Shown piece by piece: positions 55,444 to 64,000 of a DNA stretch of 64,000 nt. Position numbers and translations under genes: made by a program. How positions within the stretch are numbered: position 1 is the first letter of the stretch; each line of letters starts with the position of its first letter. The notes beneath the pieces are model-generated. The model was not told where the DNA came from and did not search any database. It saw nothing but the letters and a program-made list of their open reading frames with translations. This stretch comes from a virus (lineage: Duplodnaviria; Heunggongvirae; Uroviricota; Caudoviricetes), in the IMG/VR virus record IMGVR_UViG_3300045923_000005, positions 51,764 to 115,763 of that record; one strand, written 5' to 3'.

Positions 55444-55803
55444 CTAATCTACCTGTCGGGTTAAGAACGTTCCGTGATCCTTGGTTGTTGTAGCTTGAGG
55501 ATCTAATATGTCCTCACCTGCCCAGCCTAGTTTGAATGGCTGACCGCGCGTCTTACCCTGGATATAGACAGGATAATTGAAGTCATCGTCACCAACGTCA
55601 TCGTCTACATATACGGATTCAAGGACGAAATCTTCATAGCTGTTCTTGATCACAACCAATTGGTATTCAAGGAACCGGGTATAGCGTCCTTCTTGTGAGA
55701 AGTTTACGCAACTGATAGTTACCTGTTTGTCTATGTAACGACGCTCGTGACGCGTCAAGTGGTGCGTCCCCACGTTATCCATAAACTCGTCTAACTCATC
55801 CAT
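55444..55803 (-). CDS. small acidic-N-terminus family member (MDELDEF…)
   Basis: N-terminus MDELDEFMDNV; one of a tandem family. Confidence 0.5.
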   Translation of the reverse strand: MDELDEFMDNVGTHHLTRHERRYIDKQVTISCVNFSQEGRYTRFLEYQLVVIKNSYEDFVLESVYVDDDVGDDDFNYPVYIQGKTRGQPFKLGWAGEDILDPQATTTKDHGTFLTRQVD

Positions 55804-56053
55804 CTAAATCCTCGGGATTAACAAGATCACGTTTATATAAGGTAATTGTCCCATCTTCGTCCTGTTTGATACCCCAATCGTCGCGGAATCGTCTTGGACC
55901 GGGTCTAACATAGACCACTTCCATTTGGATATCTGGCAAGTGTCTACAACTCAAACTACCAATACATTCCTTGTGACAAATAGGAAGGGAACCGGGAGGC
56001 GTCTTCAGTTCCGTATCTACTAGCTCAAGGAACTCATCAGTATCATCAATCAT
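55796..56053 (-). CDS. small acidic-N-terminus family member (MIDDTDEFLELV…)
   Basis: overlapping start/stop with neighbours. Confidence 0.5.
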   Translation of the reverse strand: MIDDTDEFLELVDTELKTPPGSLPICHKECIGSLSCRHLPDIQMEVVYVRPGPRRFRDDWGIKQDEDGTITLYKRDLVNPEDLDG

Positions 56054-56309
56054 ATCGTAATCTCTTTGGTAGAGGATTCCTAGCCATTAGAGCCATACCG
56101 GCTTCAGACGTCATTGGTTGTACGCCTACAATACTAGCAGCCATAATCTGCGGCATCAAGCGATGTATCATAGACATTAGAATAGGAGATGGGATCGGCT
56201 TCTCACCTTCAGGATTACGCTTAGCAAGTATAGCCTGGATTCGCTCTTGTAATGTAGGTTGATAGACGAGCTCATAGAACTCATCCAGATCATCTAGTTC
56301 ATCGGTCAC
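56046..56309 (-). CDS. small acidic-N-terminus family member (MTDELDDLDEFYELV…)
   Basis: tandem family. Confidence 0.5.
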   Translation of the reverse strand: MTDELDDLDEFYELVYQPTLQERIQAILAKRNPEGEKPIPSPILMSMIHRLMPQIMAASIVGVQPMTSEAGMALMARNPLPKRLRYD

Positions 56310-56593
56310 GTGATAGTTACTTTCTTGTTCTTTACGTCGATGGATACATCTGTAGCAACGAAGGTAGGCTCTTCCTCTTTCTTCTTCTTCAATTGCTTTT
56401 CACAGATACTGTAATAGGCTAGGCGGATGAGTGCTGACCAAACCAATGCACCCTCGCAATCGCGGATTACCGCACGCCTGATTAGATACTTCTCGTCTGG
56501 AGTAATGGTGATCTGCCCAACGGTGTCGTTGAATGTATCGAAGTCATCGTCGTCAAAAGACTCACTCATAACTCCTCCAACGTTGCTTACCAT
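56306..56593 (-). CDS. small acidic protein (MSESFDDDDFDTFNDTV…), family-related
   Basis: tandem family, divergent N-terminus. Confidence 0.4.
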   Translation of the reverse strand: MVSNVGGVMSESFDDDDFDTFNDTVGQITITPDEKYLIRRAVIRDCEGALVWSALIRLAYYSICEKQLKKKKEEEPTFVATDVSIDVKNKKVTIT

Positions 56594-56601
56594 AAGAGTA
56601 T

Positions 56602-56886
56602 TTAGGCCTTAATATAGTCTCTGAAGCCGGGGCGATATCTTATTCTGGCGCGTCTACTTTCTTCTGTCCTAACGGAAGGAATAGTCCACATCTCGAGATT
56701 AAAGAAGCCATTCCAAACTTTATCCCATTTGCCTAACAATATTGCGTTGCTCGGTAATTTGCTACGCCAAGTTAGCTTATGGTATCGACCGTCACGGTCC
56801 GCTTTGTAAAGGAACCAGACGCGGTAATCCTTCGCTACTATAGGACGATCAACTAATGTATTGATGAATTCATCTAGCTCATCCAC
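56602..56886 (-). CDS. small acidic-N-terminus family member (MDELDEFINTLV…)
   Basis: tandem family. Confidence 0.5.
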   Translation of the reverse strand: MDELDEFINTLVDRPIVAKDYRVWFLYKADRDGRYHKLTWRSKLPSNAILLGKWDKVWNGFFNLEMWTIPSVRTEESRRARIRYRPGFRDYIKA

Positions 56887-57160
56887 GTGACTTTCCTAAT
56901 GTAATAGGATGCGGTGTATTCTTGAATACTTCAGGTGTTTGGAAATAGAAGATGTTTTCTTCTAGATCAAACCGGCAGCAATTACATCCTTCCGGTAATT
57001 GGTCGCGACCTATTTTATAGATTACTATCTCACCAATTCCTTCGTCGCGCACCGTCCGGAAATATTCTGGGAATACCTCGTGCCTGTAGGCTACCAAACA
57101 AACCATCTCTTCAGGCATATCCTGAAAGAACTCGTCTAGTTCGTCTAAAGATTCACCCAC
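56879..57160 (-). CDS. small acidic-N-terminus family member (MGESLDELDEFFQDM…)
   Basis: tandem family; CxxC pair NCCRF. Confidence 0.5.
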   Translation of the reverse strand: MGESLDELDEFFQDMPEEMVCLVAYRHEVFPEYFRTVRDEGIGEIVIYKIGRDQLPEGCNCCRFDLEENIFYFQTPEVFKNTPHPITLGKSRG

Positions 57161-57163
57161 GTA

Positions 57164-57376
57164 TTAGTCCTGTAGGAATTGTGGACCTTTCTCTTGATCT
57201 GATAGACTAGATGAAAGAGTACGCTCACAACAAGGACAATTAAACATAGCACGAACGGTGATCTGGTTCCGGGTGATACGCTCACCATACTCGAACTTGT
57301 ATATTCCTTGACAATTACTACAAGTAATGGTATAGGTACGACCCGCTACACTTCCGGCCTTGATAGTTATAGGCAT
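57164..57376 (-). CDS. zinc-ribbon protein (70 aa)
   Basis: CSNCQG…CPCCE. Confidence 0.4.
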   Translation of the reverse strand: MPITIKAGSVAGRTYTITCSNCQGIYKFEYGERITRNQITVRAMFNCPCCERTLSSSLSDQEKGPQFLQD

Positions 57377-57723
57377 TAACCTCTCCTGTTCAATAGATTG
57401 ATGCGACGTACTGCGCGTGGCAATTCAGTAGCATCTTCCTTCGGCGGAACCGCTCTTTGAGGACGGTGCTGTATACCAACGAGCGCATTAAACTCGTCCA
57501 TTTCATCTTCTGGGGGATTTGCCTGAAGGGATTGCTTGACTAGTTCTGTTATGACCTCGCTATCCACTTTCTTGCGGAATTGCTCGGTTAACTCTGAATC
57601 TAGAGCTTCACCGTGGTATACTTGTGGCATCACTACCTCCCACGTCGCTTTCAGCTTTCTCATAAATTTCCTTATAACATTCCTGTTGTATTCTGTAGAT
57701 ATCGTCGCAGTCCTGACCTTCAA
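57376..57723 (-). CDS. hypothetical protein (115 aa) containing an internal EDEMDEFNALV motif
   Basis: tandem array member. Confidence 0.35.
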   Translation of the reverse strand: MKVRTATISTEYNRNVIRKFMRKLKATWEVVMPQVYHGEALDSELTEQFRKKVDSEVITELVKQSLQANPPEDEMDEFNALVGIQHRPQRAVPPKEDATELPRAVRRINLLNRRG

Positions 57724-57798
57724 TACGCTTGTTCAACAAACGTAGATAGGAATCAAATAGCCGTAGCTCTTTGAAGTCGGCCGCGCTTACCGTGTCTG

Positions 57799-58065
57799 TC
57801 ATGATTGCGGATGGTAAGTAATGCTGATGAAATTGGATACGTCGTTGTCAGCGCGGAACTCTAGGTTGAGATATACCTCTATCAACCGGTTATTGCGCAG
57901 GTGCTCTTCAATCTTAGTCTTGATGCTATCCACGATCTGATCACGTTGAAGGTAGAGATCCTCTTCCTTATCCTCAGGGACTACATCGATGCCGACGCCA
58001 TCTATGAACTCATGGTCTTCGCTCAGTTCAAATTCCTTCATATTATGCTCCTGCCCAAAAGGCAC
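57799..58065 (-). CDS. small acidic protein (88 aa; …EDHEFIDGVG…)
   Basis: tandem array member. Confidence 0.4.
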   Translation of the reverse strand: MPFGQEHNMKEFELSEDHEFIDGVGIDVVPEDKEEDLYLQRDQIVDSIKTKIEEHLRNNRLIEVYLNLEFRADNDVSNFISITYHPQS

Positions 58066-58363
58066 CGACGTCTTCGAAGTGTTGTGATAGTTTCATCAAT
58101 TGATAACGCTCGTGGTCACCGAAGTTGCCGCCAAGGTTTTTGACATTTATTCTATATTTGTACCAAGCATTCATGTAGGCTTGGTAATCATTGGTGAATG
58201 CCTCGTCCCATACTTCATGAGACTTACGATTATGCCAACGATCCCACATAGGTAGATTCCTAGGATGGATAGCATTGATCCTATCATAGCAGTCCTGTGA
58301 ACTACCGGCAAAGCCTTCTCCATCACCAAGGGAGGCCTCCAGGAACTCTTCTAATTCATCCAT
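58043..58363 (-). CDS. small acidic-N-terminus family member (MDELEEFLEASL…)
   Basis: tandem family. Confidence 0.5.
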   Translation of the reverse strand: MDELEEFLEASLGDGEGFAGSSQDCYDRINAIHPRNLPMWDRWHNRKSHEVWDEAFTNDYQAYMNAWYKYRINVKNLGGNFGDHERYQLMKLSQHFEDVGAFWAGA

Positions 58364-58667
58364 TCTTCACCAGTGCCAATGTGTCTATTACTTCGTGATG
58401 CTTGGGTGTGTCCCGTTCCGTATTGCTGATGTATACGTGGAGAGCCTTCTTGAGCTCTTCCAACCATTCAGTTGAGCGCGCTACCGGTATCCTCATATCT
58501 ATATCTAATAGTAATTCCGCATTCATGCGGGCCAGGAATTCGTCCTCTTCACTTTGCTCTGGTATCTCTTCTGGAGTAATAGGGCGAACCTTAGCTTTAC
58601 TCAGACCACGGAAGAACTTGGTGACCATCACCAATTGCTCTTCGTTGCAGTCTGATGTAGCCATCAC
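58356..58667 (-). CDS. hypothetical protein (103 aa; internal …SEEDEFLARM… motif)
   Basis: tandem array member. Confidence 0.35.
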   Translation of the reverse strand: MMATSDCNEEQLVMVTKFFRGLSKAKVRPITPEEIPEQSEEDEFLARMNAELLLDIDMRIPVARSTEWLEELKKALHVYISNTERDTPKHHEVIDTLALVKNG

Positions 58668-59014
58668 TTACGGTTCTTGGGGACCAGTGGAGTATTCATA
58701 ACATCACCAATCCACTCGAACACATAGCTGATATACGCGAGGATACGATGAGAGTTGCGGATCATTACACAAGCATTTACGATCGGTAATACCACACCAA
58801 GGAAGCGCAGAACTAGACTGCCGATGGTAAGTGTGGGAACGTAATAGTCGTTTTGGTTCTTTGCTTGCTTGGAGCGCTCGGATATATCCTTGAAATATTC
58901 CGCGATTGAACGCTGGCTAAAGATGAAAGCATTGATGAGCACAGGTAGGGCATAGCCTAGTGTTGCCATCCAAAAGGTATGTTCTTTGTATAGTTCGATT
59001 GCCCACTGGATCAT
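58664..59014 (-). CDS. membrane protein (116 aa)
   Basis: 2-3 TM helices. Confidence 0.4.
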   Translation of the reverse strand: MIQWAIELYKEHTFWMATLGYALPVLINAFIFSQRSIAEYFKDISERSKQAKNQNDYYVPTLTIGSLVLRFLGVVLPIVNACVMIRNSHRILAYISYVFEWIGDVMNTPLVPKNRK

Positions 59015-59015
59015 A

Positions 59016-59465
59016 TTATAGCAGGATGATTAGTCCTTTCTCCTTCGCTCGTTTGTCAGCCAATTCCATAATGTTGTCTTCGGGTAACAGCGTCTGTAGA
59101 ACGACTACCGTATCCCGTTTGAGATCCGTATACTCTTCAGGCTGTGTGTTCTGTAGTTCACCTACACCCTCGACCTGCTGAGTTAATAGACGACGAGCAA
59201 CGCGCTCCTCGTTCTCATCTTCCTCTAGCGGAGGAGCATCCTCATCATCAGGTGTAACCTCGGCTACAATAGGAGCTATCTTGCGCTCCTCGCGTATCTC
59301 GCGCGCGGCCTGTTCAATAGCAGGGTTCTTAAAGAACGAACCAAGAACCAGATCTTGTGTGGTTTGATCAACCTTGATTAGATTGATACCACGACCGGTT
59401 CCTGATGTGCTCTTGATGTTCTTGATGCGCTCTAGCGCAGCCAAGCCTCTATCTGATCTTTCCAT
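59016..59465 (-). CDS. hypothetical acidic protein (149 aa)
   Basis: DDEDAPPLEEDENEE stretch. Confidence 0.35.
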   Translation of the reverse strand: MERSDRGLAALERIKNIKSTSGTGRGINLIKVDQTTQDLVLGSFFKNPAIEQAAREIREERKIAPIVAEVTPDDEDAPPLEEDENEERVARRLLTQQVEGVGELQNTQPEEYTDLKRDTVVVLQTLLPEDNIMELADKRAKEKGLIILL

Positions 59466-59504
59466 CTAATATTGTACCATATGTAACTGTAAGAGTATAT
59501 AGTA

Positions 59505-59837
59505 TCAGCGCATCGCGCGCTTAATCTCTAGCAGTTCCGCCGTTATCATACCAGCACGCGGATCGTTGTCGTGTTTGTCTGGGTGACAGAATTGTATTAG
59601 CTTGTTGACTAGTTGAAGAGGCATCGCGTGCTTGAGCGGGACACCGGTATTGGTCGCTATGATAGACTTCTTTAAGCAGTCCAATTCATAGTTGCTATTC
59701 TGTAAGGCAACGGAAAGATTCTTGACTTGGTGTTTGGTCTTTAGCAGATCCTCAGCTATACCGCTGATGATACTCCAAGACCAATAGATAATAAAGCAAA
59801 GAACGACTATGATCGTCCACAACCAAAATGAACTCAT
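59505..59837 (-). CDS. single-pass membrane protein (110 aa)
   Basis: N-terminal TM FWLWTIIVVLCFIIYWSWSII. Confidence 0.35.
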   Translation of the reverse strand: MSSFWLWTIIVVLCFIIYWSWSIISGIAEDLLKTKHQVKNLSVALQNSNYELDCLKKSIIATNTGVPLKHAMPLQLVNKLIQFCHPDKHDNDPRAGMITAELLEIKRAMR

Positions 59838-59838
59838 G

Positions 59839-60015
59839 ATTAACCTTGCCGTGGCATCTCCACGATCTCAATTGAATTGTTTCCCCAGATGTATAGCTCG
59901 CGCTGTTCACCCGGCTTTAGTACAATAGTCACGCTACCATCTTGCTTAACGCCTATTATATGAGGGTTCTCTGGACCAGGATAGGAGAGATTTTGGATAT
60001 TTACTCGTGTAGTCA
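59839..60015 (-). CDS. 58-aa hypothetical protein (not in the ORF table)
   Basis: MTTRVNIQNLSYPGPENPHIIGVKQDGSVTIVLKPGEQRELYIWGNNSIEIVEMPRQG; TATAAT directly abuts the ATG (TATAATATG). Confidence 0.25.
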
Positions 60016-60109
60016 TATTATACTCGCTTTATTTGTAAGAGTTTACCAGCCGCTGTTGCCCCAATTACGTTCACCGTCTTCCTCACCAACAACCTCCCAT
60101 ATACTCGCT

Positions 60110-60763
60110 TTATTGTAAGAGTTTACTTCTTTGGATGTTACCTTCAACAAATCCTTCAGGCAGCGGAGCATCCGGAGGTATTCTCCTATTCGCCGTTCCG
60201 TTGTTAACCCAACGTAATCCCTTACAGTATGTATTACCCAGTTTAGTGGAACCCATAGCTTTCCTACCGGCTTCCGTCGCCATGGGATTACGTTCAATCA
60301 TCATAGTTCTTAGGATTTGTCTTTCTTCATCTGGTTTATCACGATACACATATTCGCGATTTTTCATAGATTCTTCCCATTTCGCTCGATGTATAGGATT
60401 GGAAAGAATGTTGTTAACGCCACTAATACTTTCGACCATCTTTCGTCTTAACCAACCGAATGTTCTATTGGTTCTGACTATTTGCCCGGTGCCTTGTCGC
60501 ATCATACTGGCACCATATAATATACCACGGTTACTAGGATACATCTTCACCAGGAGTAGGTGCGCGACGTAATGCTCTTCTGGTGTTAGATAAACGACAT
60601 TATCACAAGTGTATAGACCATCCATACAACCAGGGATTATGCGGTGAGCCTCACGATAAGTTCCGTCTCGTTCTTTCCAGGCAGTAGCCCTTTTCTTGAT
60701 TCCCACCCAAACGAGGCGCGGGGATCTATCTATCAAACGTTTGTAATGCGCGGAGTAGTTCAT
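60110..60763 (-). CDS. HNH homing endonuclease
   Basis: HRIIPGCMDGLYTCDNVVYLTPEEHYVAHLLL (H-N-H); the stop overlaps the gp17 start region. Confidence 0.7.
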   Translation of the reverse strand: MNYSAHYKRLIDRSPRLVWVGIKKRATAWKERDGTYREAHRIIPGCMDGLYTCDNVVYLTPEEHYVAHLLLVKMYPSNRGILYGASMMRQGTGQIVRTNRTFGWLRRKMVESISGVNNILSNPIHRAKWEESMKNREYVYRDKPDEERQILRTMMIERNPMATEAGRKAMGSTKLGNTYCKGLRWVNNGTANRRIPPDAPLPEGFVEGNIQRSKLLQ

Positions 60764-62436
60764 CAGTAAAGTCTATCGTATAACTCTTCTTCCCCCACCA
60801 CGGTCCAGATACATCCATCATGCTTGAATTGGTTCTTAGCAGGGTCGCTCTGAATAAGAACGGGAGGCAGAGGAATCTCTTGCTCTAACTGCGTCACGCG
60901 TTCAGCGTACAGAGCAGAACGGGGATCAGTAGCCGCAAGGTCTTTGAAGAATGGTTGGATAGATAGCCAACCGAATAGAACCAGGGTCATTACCAAGTCG
61001 TCATGGCAATCACTATCAGCTGCATACGTCTTGTTAGGACGGACAACGAACGTCGTTAGCTCGGCGATCGTCTGGAAGTCTAGTGTGACCAATTGATGGT
61101 TCTCGATCAACTGCTTGATAGCATTACATCCAATACGCTTAGTCTTAGGTGTAGTGCGTACACCTGGCTGCCGGACGCTGCGTGTGGATACTTCCTGCTG
61201 TTTGTACATGTTAGCGTCGCTGTAGAATACGTTCTCATATTCTAGGTCATCTAGCAATATCTGTAGAACGACCGCGCCAACGTCGTTGGATTCAACTAGG
61301 ACATAAGCCTTGTTGTATAGGGTAGCGACCTGCTTGATCACATTAGGATATAGTTCGTATGGTATTTCATTAGAGTGATAGACGGCAACGACTTTATACG
61401 GAGCCTTGGTTACGTCTATAACAGAGAAAGCGGAGTAGTCCATTTCCTTACCATGAGAGACGTCTACCGTCATAACATATCTGTGGCCAGGACGGACGTC
61501 TTCATACACGCGCAGTTTCTTTTCTAGCTGTAGCTTAATAGGATCGACGAATACCATGTTCTTCAGACAGGTAGAGCTAATCAGGGTTCCTGCGGATCCC
61601 ATGAATTCAACTTCCTGCTCCTGTAGGAACTTCTCTTCGCTCATTACAGACTTCTGATCCTCTGCCCACTTCTTGTTACGGCCAGGGACCTGGTTCCACT
61701 TAACTGTCATATGCTTGAAGCTATTCTTCTTGTTGACAGCGTCCGTGAACATCTTGTAGAAGTGGTTCATACCGTTCGGTGTACTACAGATGATAACCTT
61801 GGCGGTCTTACCAGAACTAATCGTAGGGTATACGGACGTGAAGAAGTTGATAGCGACTTGATTAGGTACGTGTGCGTATTCATCAAGGAACAGCAAGCTG
61901 ATAGAGAAACCTCGGATGGCGTTGCTTGATGTAGAAGAACTGATGACGCGTGAACCGTTCTCCAATAGGAAGCTCGTCTTGTTCCAGACCTGGATACCCT
62001 GCTGCATCCATATCGGAACGTTCATATACATTTCTTGAATCTTGCTCAAGATTTCAGTTGCGGTGTCCTGCTTGTTAGCAAGGATAGCCGCCGTCTTTAC
62101 GCTATTGAATAGGATGAACCAAAGGATGTAAGCAGCAGACGTTGTAGTCTTACCTGACTGACGAGCACAACGCATTATGACTCGGTTCCAACGGTGGAAC
62201 TTTTGAATCATCTTCTTTTCATAGTCATACAACTTGAAAGGAATGATACCCTCGTCGATAGAAACGATCTTGGCATAGTTCTCAACGAAGTAATCGGGGT
62301 TCTTGGCACACAGGGCCATCTCCTCCAATTGCTCCTTCGTCATATTGAATTTCTGTCCGCACTTCTTCAGACGCGGGTTGCTATTGAATTCCTCGACGTC
62401 ATCATGTTGTATGATAGGAATTAGTTTAAGAGCCAT
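60763..62436 (-). CDS. 17: large terminase subunit gp17
   Basis: Walker A MRCARQSGKTTT versus T4 LSRQLGKTTV; LFLDEYAHVPN versus IYIEDCAFIPN; ICSTPNGMNHFY versus ITTTPNGLNHFY; C-terminal nuclease HDDLVMTLVLFGW versus HDDLVMSLVIFGW. Confidence 0.9.
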   Translation of the reverse strand: MALKLIPIIQHDDVEEFNSNPRLKKCGQKFNMTKEQLEEMALCAKNPDYFVENYAKIVSIDEGIIPFKLYDYEKKMIQKFHRWNRVIMRCARQSGKTTTSAAYILWFILFNSVKTAAILANKQDTATEILSKIQEMYMNVPIWMQQGIQVWNKTSFLLENGSRVISSSTSSNAIRGFSISLLFLDEYAHVPNQVAINFFTSVYPTISSGKTAKVIICSTPNGMNHFYKMFTDAVNKKNSFKHMTVKWNQVPGRNKKWAEDQKSVMSEEKFLQEQEVEFMGSAGTLISSTCLKNMVFVDPIKLQLEKKLRVYEDVRPGHRYVMTVDVSHGKEMDYSAFSVIDVTKAPYKVVAVYHSNEIPYELYPNVIKQVATLYNKAYVLVESNDVGAVVLQILLDDLEYENVFYSDANMYKQQEVSTRSVRQPGVRTTPKTKRIGCNAIKQLIENHQLVTLDFQTIAELTTFVVRPNKTYAADSDCHDDLVMTLVLFGWLSIQPFFKDLAATDPRSALYAERVTQLEQEIPLPPVLIQSDPAKNQFKHDGCIWTVVGEEELYDRLY

Positions 62437-63035
62437 TAGCTTTGGCTCTCTTCTGTTCCTGTCTGATCTGGAAGATCAACGTCGTCATCGGGAACAGATT
62501 GGTCGGCTACCTGGTGAGGCACAGCCGTTCTAATAAGATCTAGGAGCTCCGCCGTCGTGCCCGTGAACACAGCCTTGTCGATGTTGACGATGTTGGTCGT
62601 ATTGCCGCTAGAGGCAGCGTTCGTTCCTAGGAAGGCATTCTTATTGCGTGCGAGGTTTATCGTATTGTTCGCGACGATCGTCTTGTCGTTATGAATCTTT
62701 AAGAGTTTCTCAGAGATGTCGGCGTTATGGCGAATGAGAGAGGCTAGAACTTCATAGGCGCGCGGCTGTTGGGTCTCGCGACTGATCTCTAAGAGTTGCG
62801 TAATGGCGAGGTTGTTCTTATCAATCATATCATGGAGGGTTTGACGAGCCAATTCCGCATCGTCGTCTACCTTCTTCTCCTGTATGATATCAGGAGGGAC
62901 GATAACAACGGGAAGAGCGGCAGCTGCTGCTTCCGCTTCTATTACTGCTTGTTGTTCTTGATCTTCCTGGAGAGCGATCCCTAGCGCGGATGCTAGAGGA
63001 GAAGCATTGGGATCAATTGGACCATGATTAGGCAT
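62436..63035 (-). CDS. 16: small terminase subunit gp16 (by position and size)
   Basis: 199-aa acidic/Ala-rich ORF coupled between gene 15 and gene 17, as in T4; sequence similarity not verifiable by eye. Confidence 0.55.
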   Translation of the reverse strand: MPNHGPIDPNASPLASALGIALQEDQEQQAVIEAEAAAAALPVVIVPPDIIQEKKVDDDAELARQTLHDMIDKNNLAITQLLEISRETQQPRAYEVLASLIRHNADISEKLLKIHNDKTIVANNTINLARNKNAFLGTNAASSGNTTNIVNIDKAVFTGTTAELLDLIRTAVPHQVADQSVPDDDVDLPDQTGTEESQS

Positions 63036-63040
63036 TTAAT

Positions 63041-64000
63041 TTAGCTCACGATAGGAAATGTATTTGGCGTCTCAACGATTGTGGTTGTGAATCCATAATC
63101 AAAATCGCTGTTAGCATTAGCAGGGTTAGGTGTAACACTGATTGCTGCTAGGGTTAGATTGTTAGCTGCCGTCTCAACGGTGAAGACAGCCGCGCTGTTG
63201 GCGCCAACCAATGGTGTATTAGATACGATCTGGCCACTGACATTGACAAGATTCAGAACGTCTCGCGTTGGGTTCCAACCAACAACGACTGCCGTAGCAT
63301 TCGCGTCTGGTAGATTGCTACCCTGATATACAATTTCACCAAGCATATAAGAGCCATAGCTATTAGTATTGGACAACTGAACTTCCAACGGATCGTTGGT
63401 AGAATAAGCAGCCAGTTGCTTGACGTTTGTGATAACATCAGTGATGACACTGCCGGTATTGATAGGACCGAACAACTGCGCCTGCATAGTGAAGGTCAGA
63501 GTCCAGGTGATCATGCGCTCTTGTTCTTTAGCGTCGCCTTCATATTCGGTATTACATACACAACTATTCAATACCAAAGGAACGTTGCGGGAGATCCCTA
63601 GCTCTGGAATATAGTTGACGGTGACGGTATAATCAGGAGTAAAGAACGGAAGGATCTGCTCGATAATCTGTAGACCATCTTCAACGTTGCGGTTGTATAG
63701 GTCTAGCTCGAACGTAAGATTCCAAGGCACAGACTGATACTGCTGCGCCGCACTAGATCCGGCAGCGGCCTGGATGGTTTGGTTGTAGCTGTTTAATTTG
63801 CGTGTAGCATCGTATTCGTAATTGGTGATGAAGAAGCTCATCTGAGGGAGCTTGATCTCAATAGGCTTCGCCAAATCCGGGTTAGCTATCAGGCGCGTAA
63901 TGAAGTTCTCTTTCGCTTCATAGGCAAGAGGAACAGTAATACGACTGAGCTCGCTCTGGGTATCGTTGGTGTACTTTACTAGGACAACTTCATTGAAGAT
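63041..64000 (-). CDS. 15: tail sheath stabiliser/completion protein gp15 (5' end beyond the window)
   Basis: IEQILPFFTPDY versus T4 VEQILPYFQPHF. The reading frame stays open to the window edge (…RITVPLAYEAKENFITRL versus T4 RVPITYASKEHFMMKL), so the table start at 63874 (TTG) is internal. Confidence 0.8.
   Translation of the reverse strand: MFNEVVLVKYTNDTQSELSRITVPLAYEAKENFITRLIANPDLAKPIEIKLPQMSFFITNYEYDATRKLNSYNQTIQAAAGSSAAQQYQSVPWNLTFELDLYNRNVEDGLQIIEQILPFFTPDYTVTVNYIPELGISRNVPLVLNSCVCNTEYEGDAKEQERMITWTLTFTMQAQLFGPINTGSVITDVITNVKQLAAYSTNDPLEVQLSNTNSYGSYMLGEIVYQGSNLPDANATAVVVGWNPTRDVLNLVNVSGQIVSNTPLVGANSAAVFTVETAANNLTLAAISVTPNPANANSDFDYGFTTTIVETPNTFPIVS

Noticed and set aside
60043-60297. 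84-aa ORF overlapping the HNH endonuclease gene in another frame
   Set aside because: Completely embedded in the 217-aa HNH ORF, which has a clear catalytic motif.
1-64000. CRISPR arrays, integrase or transposase genes, and rRNA
   Set aside because: No direct-repeat/spacer periodicity, no recombinase motifs and no rRNA-like conserved blocks were seen. The repeated elements present are the ~85-bp cassettes and the TATAAT/ACTCTTACA boxes.

Overview
This window is a T4-like (Straboviridae/Tevenvirinae-type) myovirus genome segment, about 50% GC. It is shown reverse-complemented relative to transcription: almost every gene is on the minus strand and only two clear genes are on the plus strand. 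Core T4 homologues were recognised directly from the translations: gp15 (partial at the right edge), gp16, gp17 large terminase, gp18 sheath, gp19 tube, gp20 portal, gp21 prohead protease, gp22 scaffold, gp23 major capsid, UvsY, UvsW, gp55 late sigma, gp47/gp46 (Mre11/Rad50), an EndoVII-family nuclease, gp1 dNMP kinase and gp45 sliding clamp. T4 synteny is interrupted by large accessory insertions.

(a) About 24 kb lies between gp17 and gp18. It carries a tandem family of small genes with an 'MDELDEF' N-terminus, His-rich proteins, a lipoprotein, membrane proteins, a PRTase, an SPFH/prohibitin protein, a (p)ppGpp hydrolase, HNH nucleases and two plus-strand genes.

(b) Between gp20 and gp21 sit His-rich internal-protein-like genes, the largest 768 aa, carrying 'EETLDE' repeats.

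(c) Between gp46 and gp45 sit a peptide deformylase, a CobS/CobT (MoxR-vWA) pair and a six-gene candidate DNA-modification cluster: a 2OG-Fe(II) dioxygenase, a PLP enzyme of the ACC-deaminase family, a P-loop kinase, a 390-aa unknown, a DxD glycosyltransferase and an HNH nuclease.

A conserved roughly 85-bp intergenic cassette (TATTATAC..N25..ATTTAACTTATT..CGTTAACTAGTACCG, plus-strand reading) recurs at least 6-7 times. A GTATAATAG -10-like box sits only 5-9 nt upstream of many start codons, suggesting leaderless transcripts. No CRISPR array was seen. One tRNA-like gene lies on the plus strand.

Coordinates I derived by hand may be off by 1-3 nt. ORF-table coordinates are used wherever possible.
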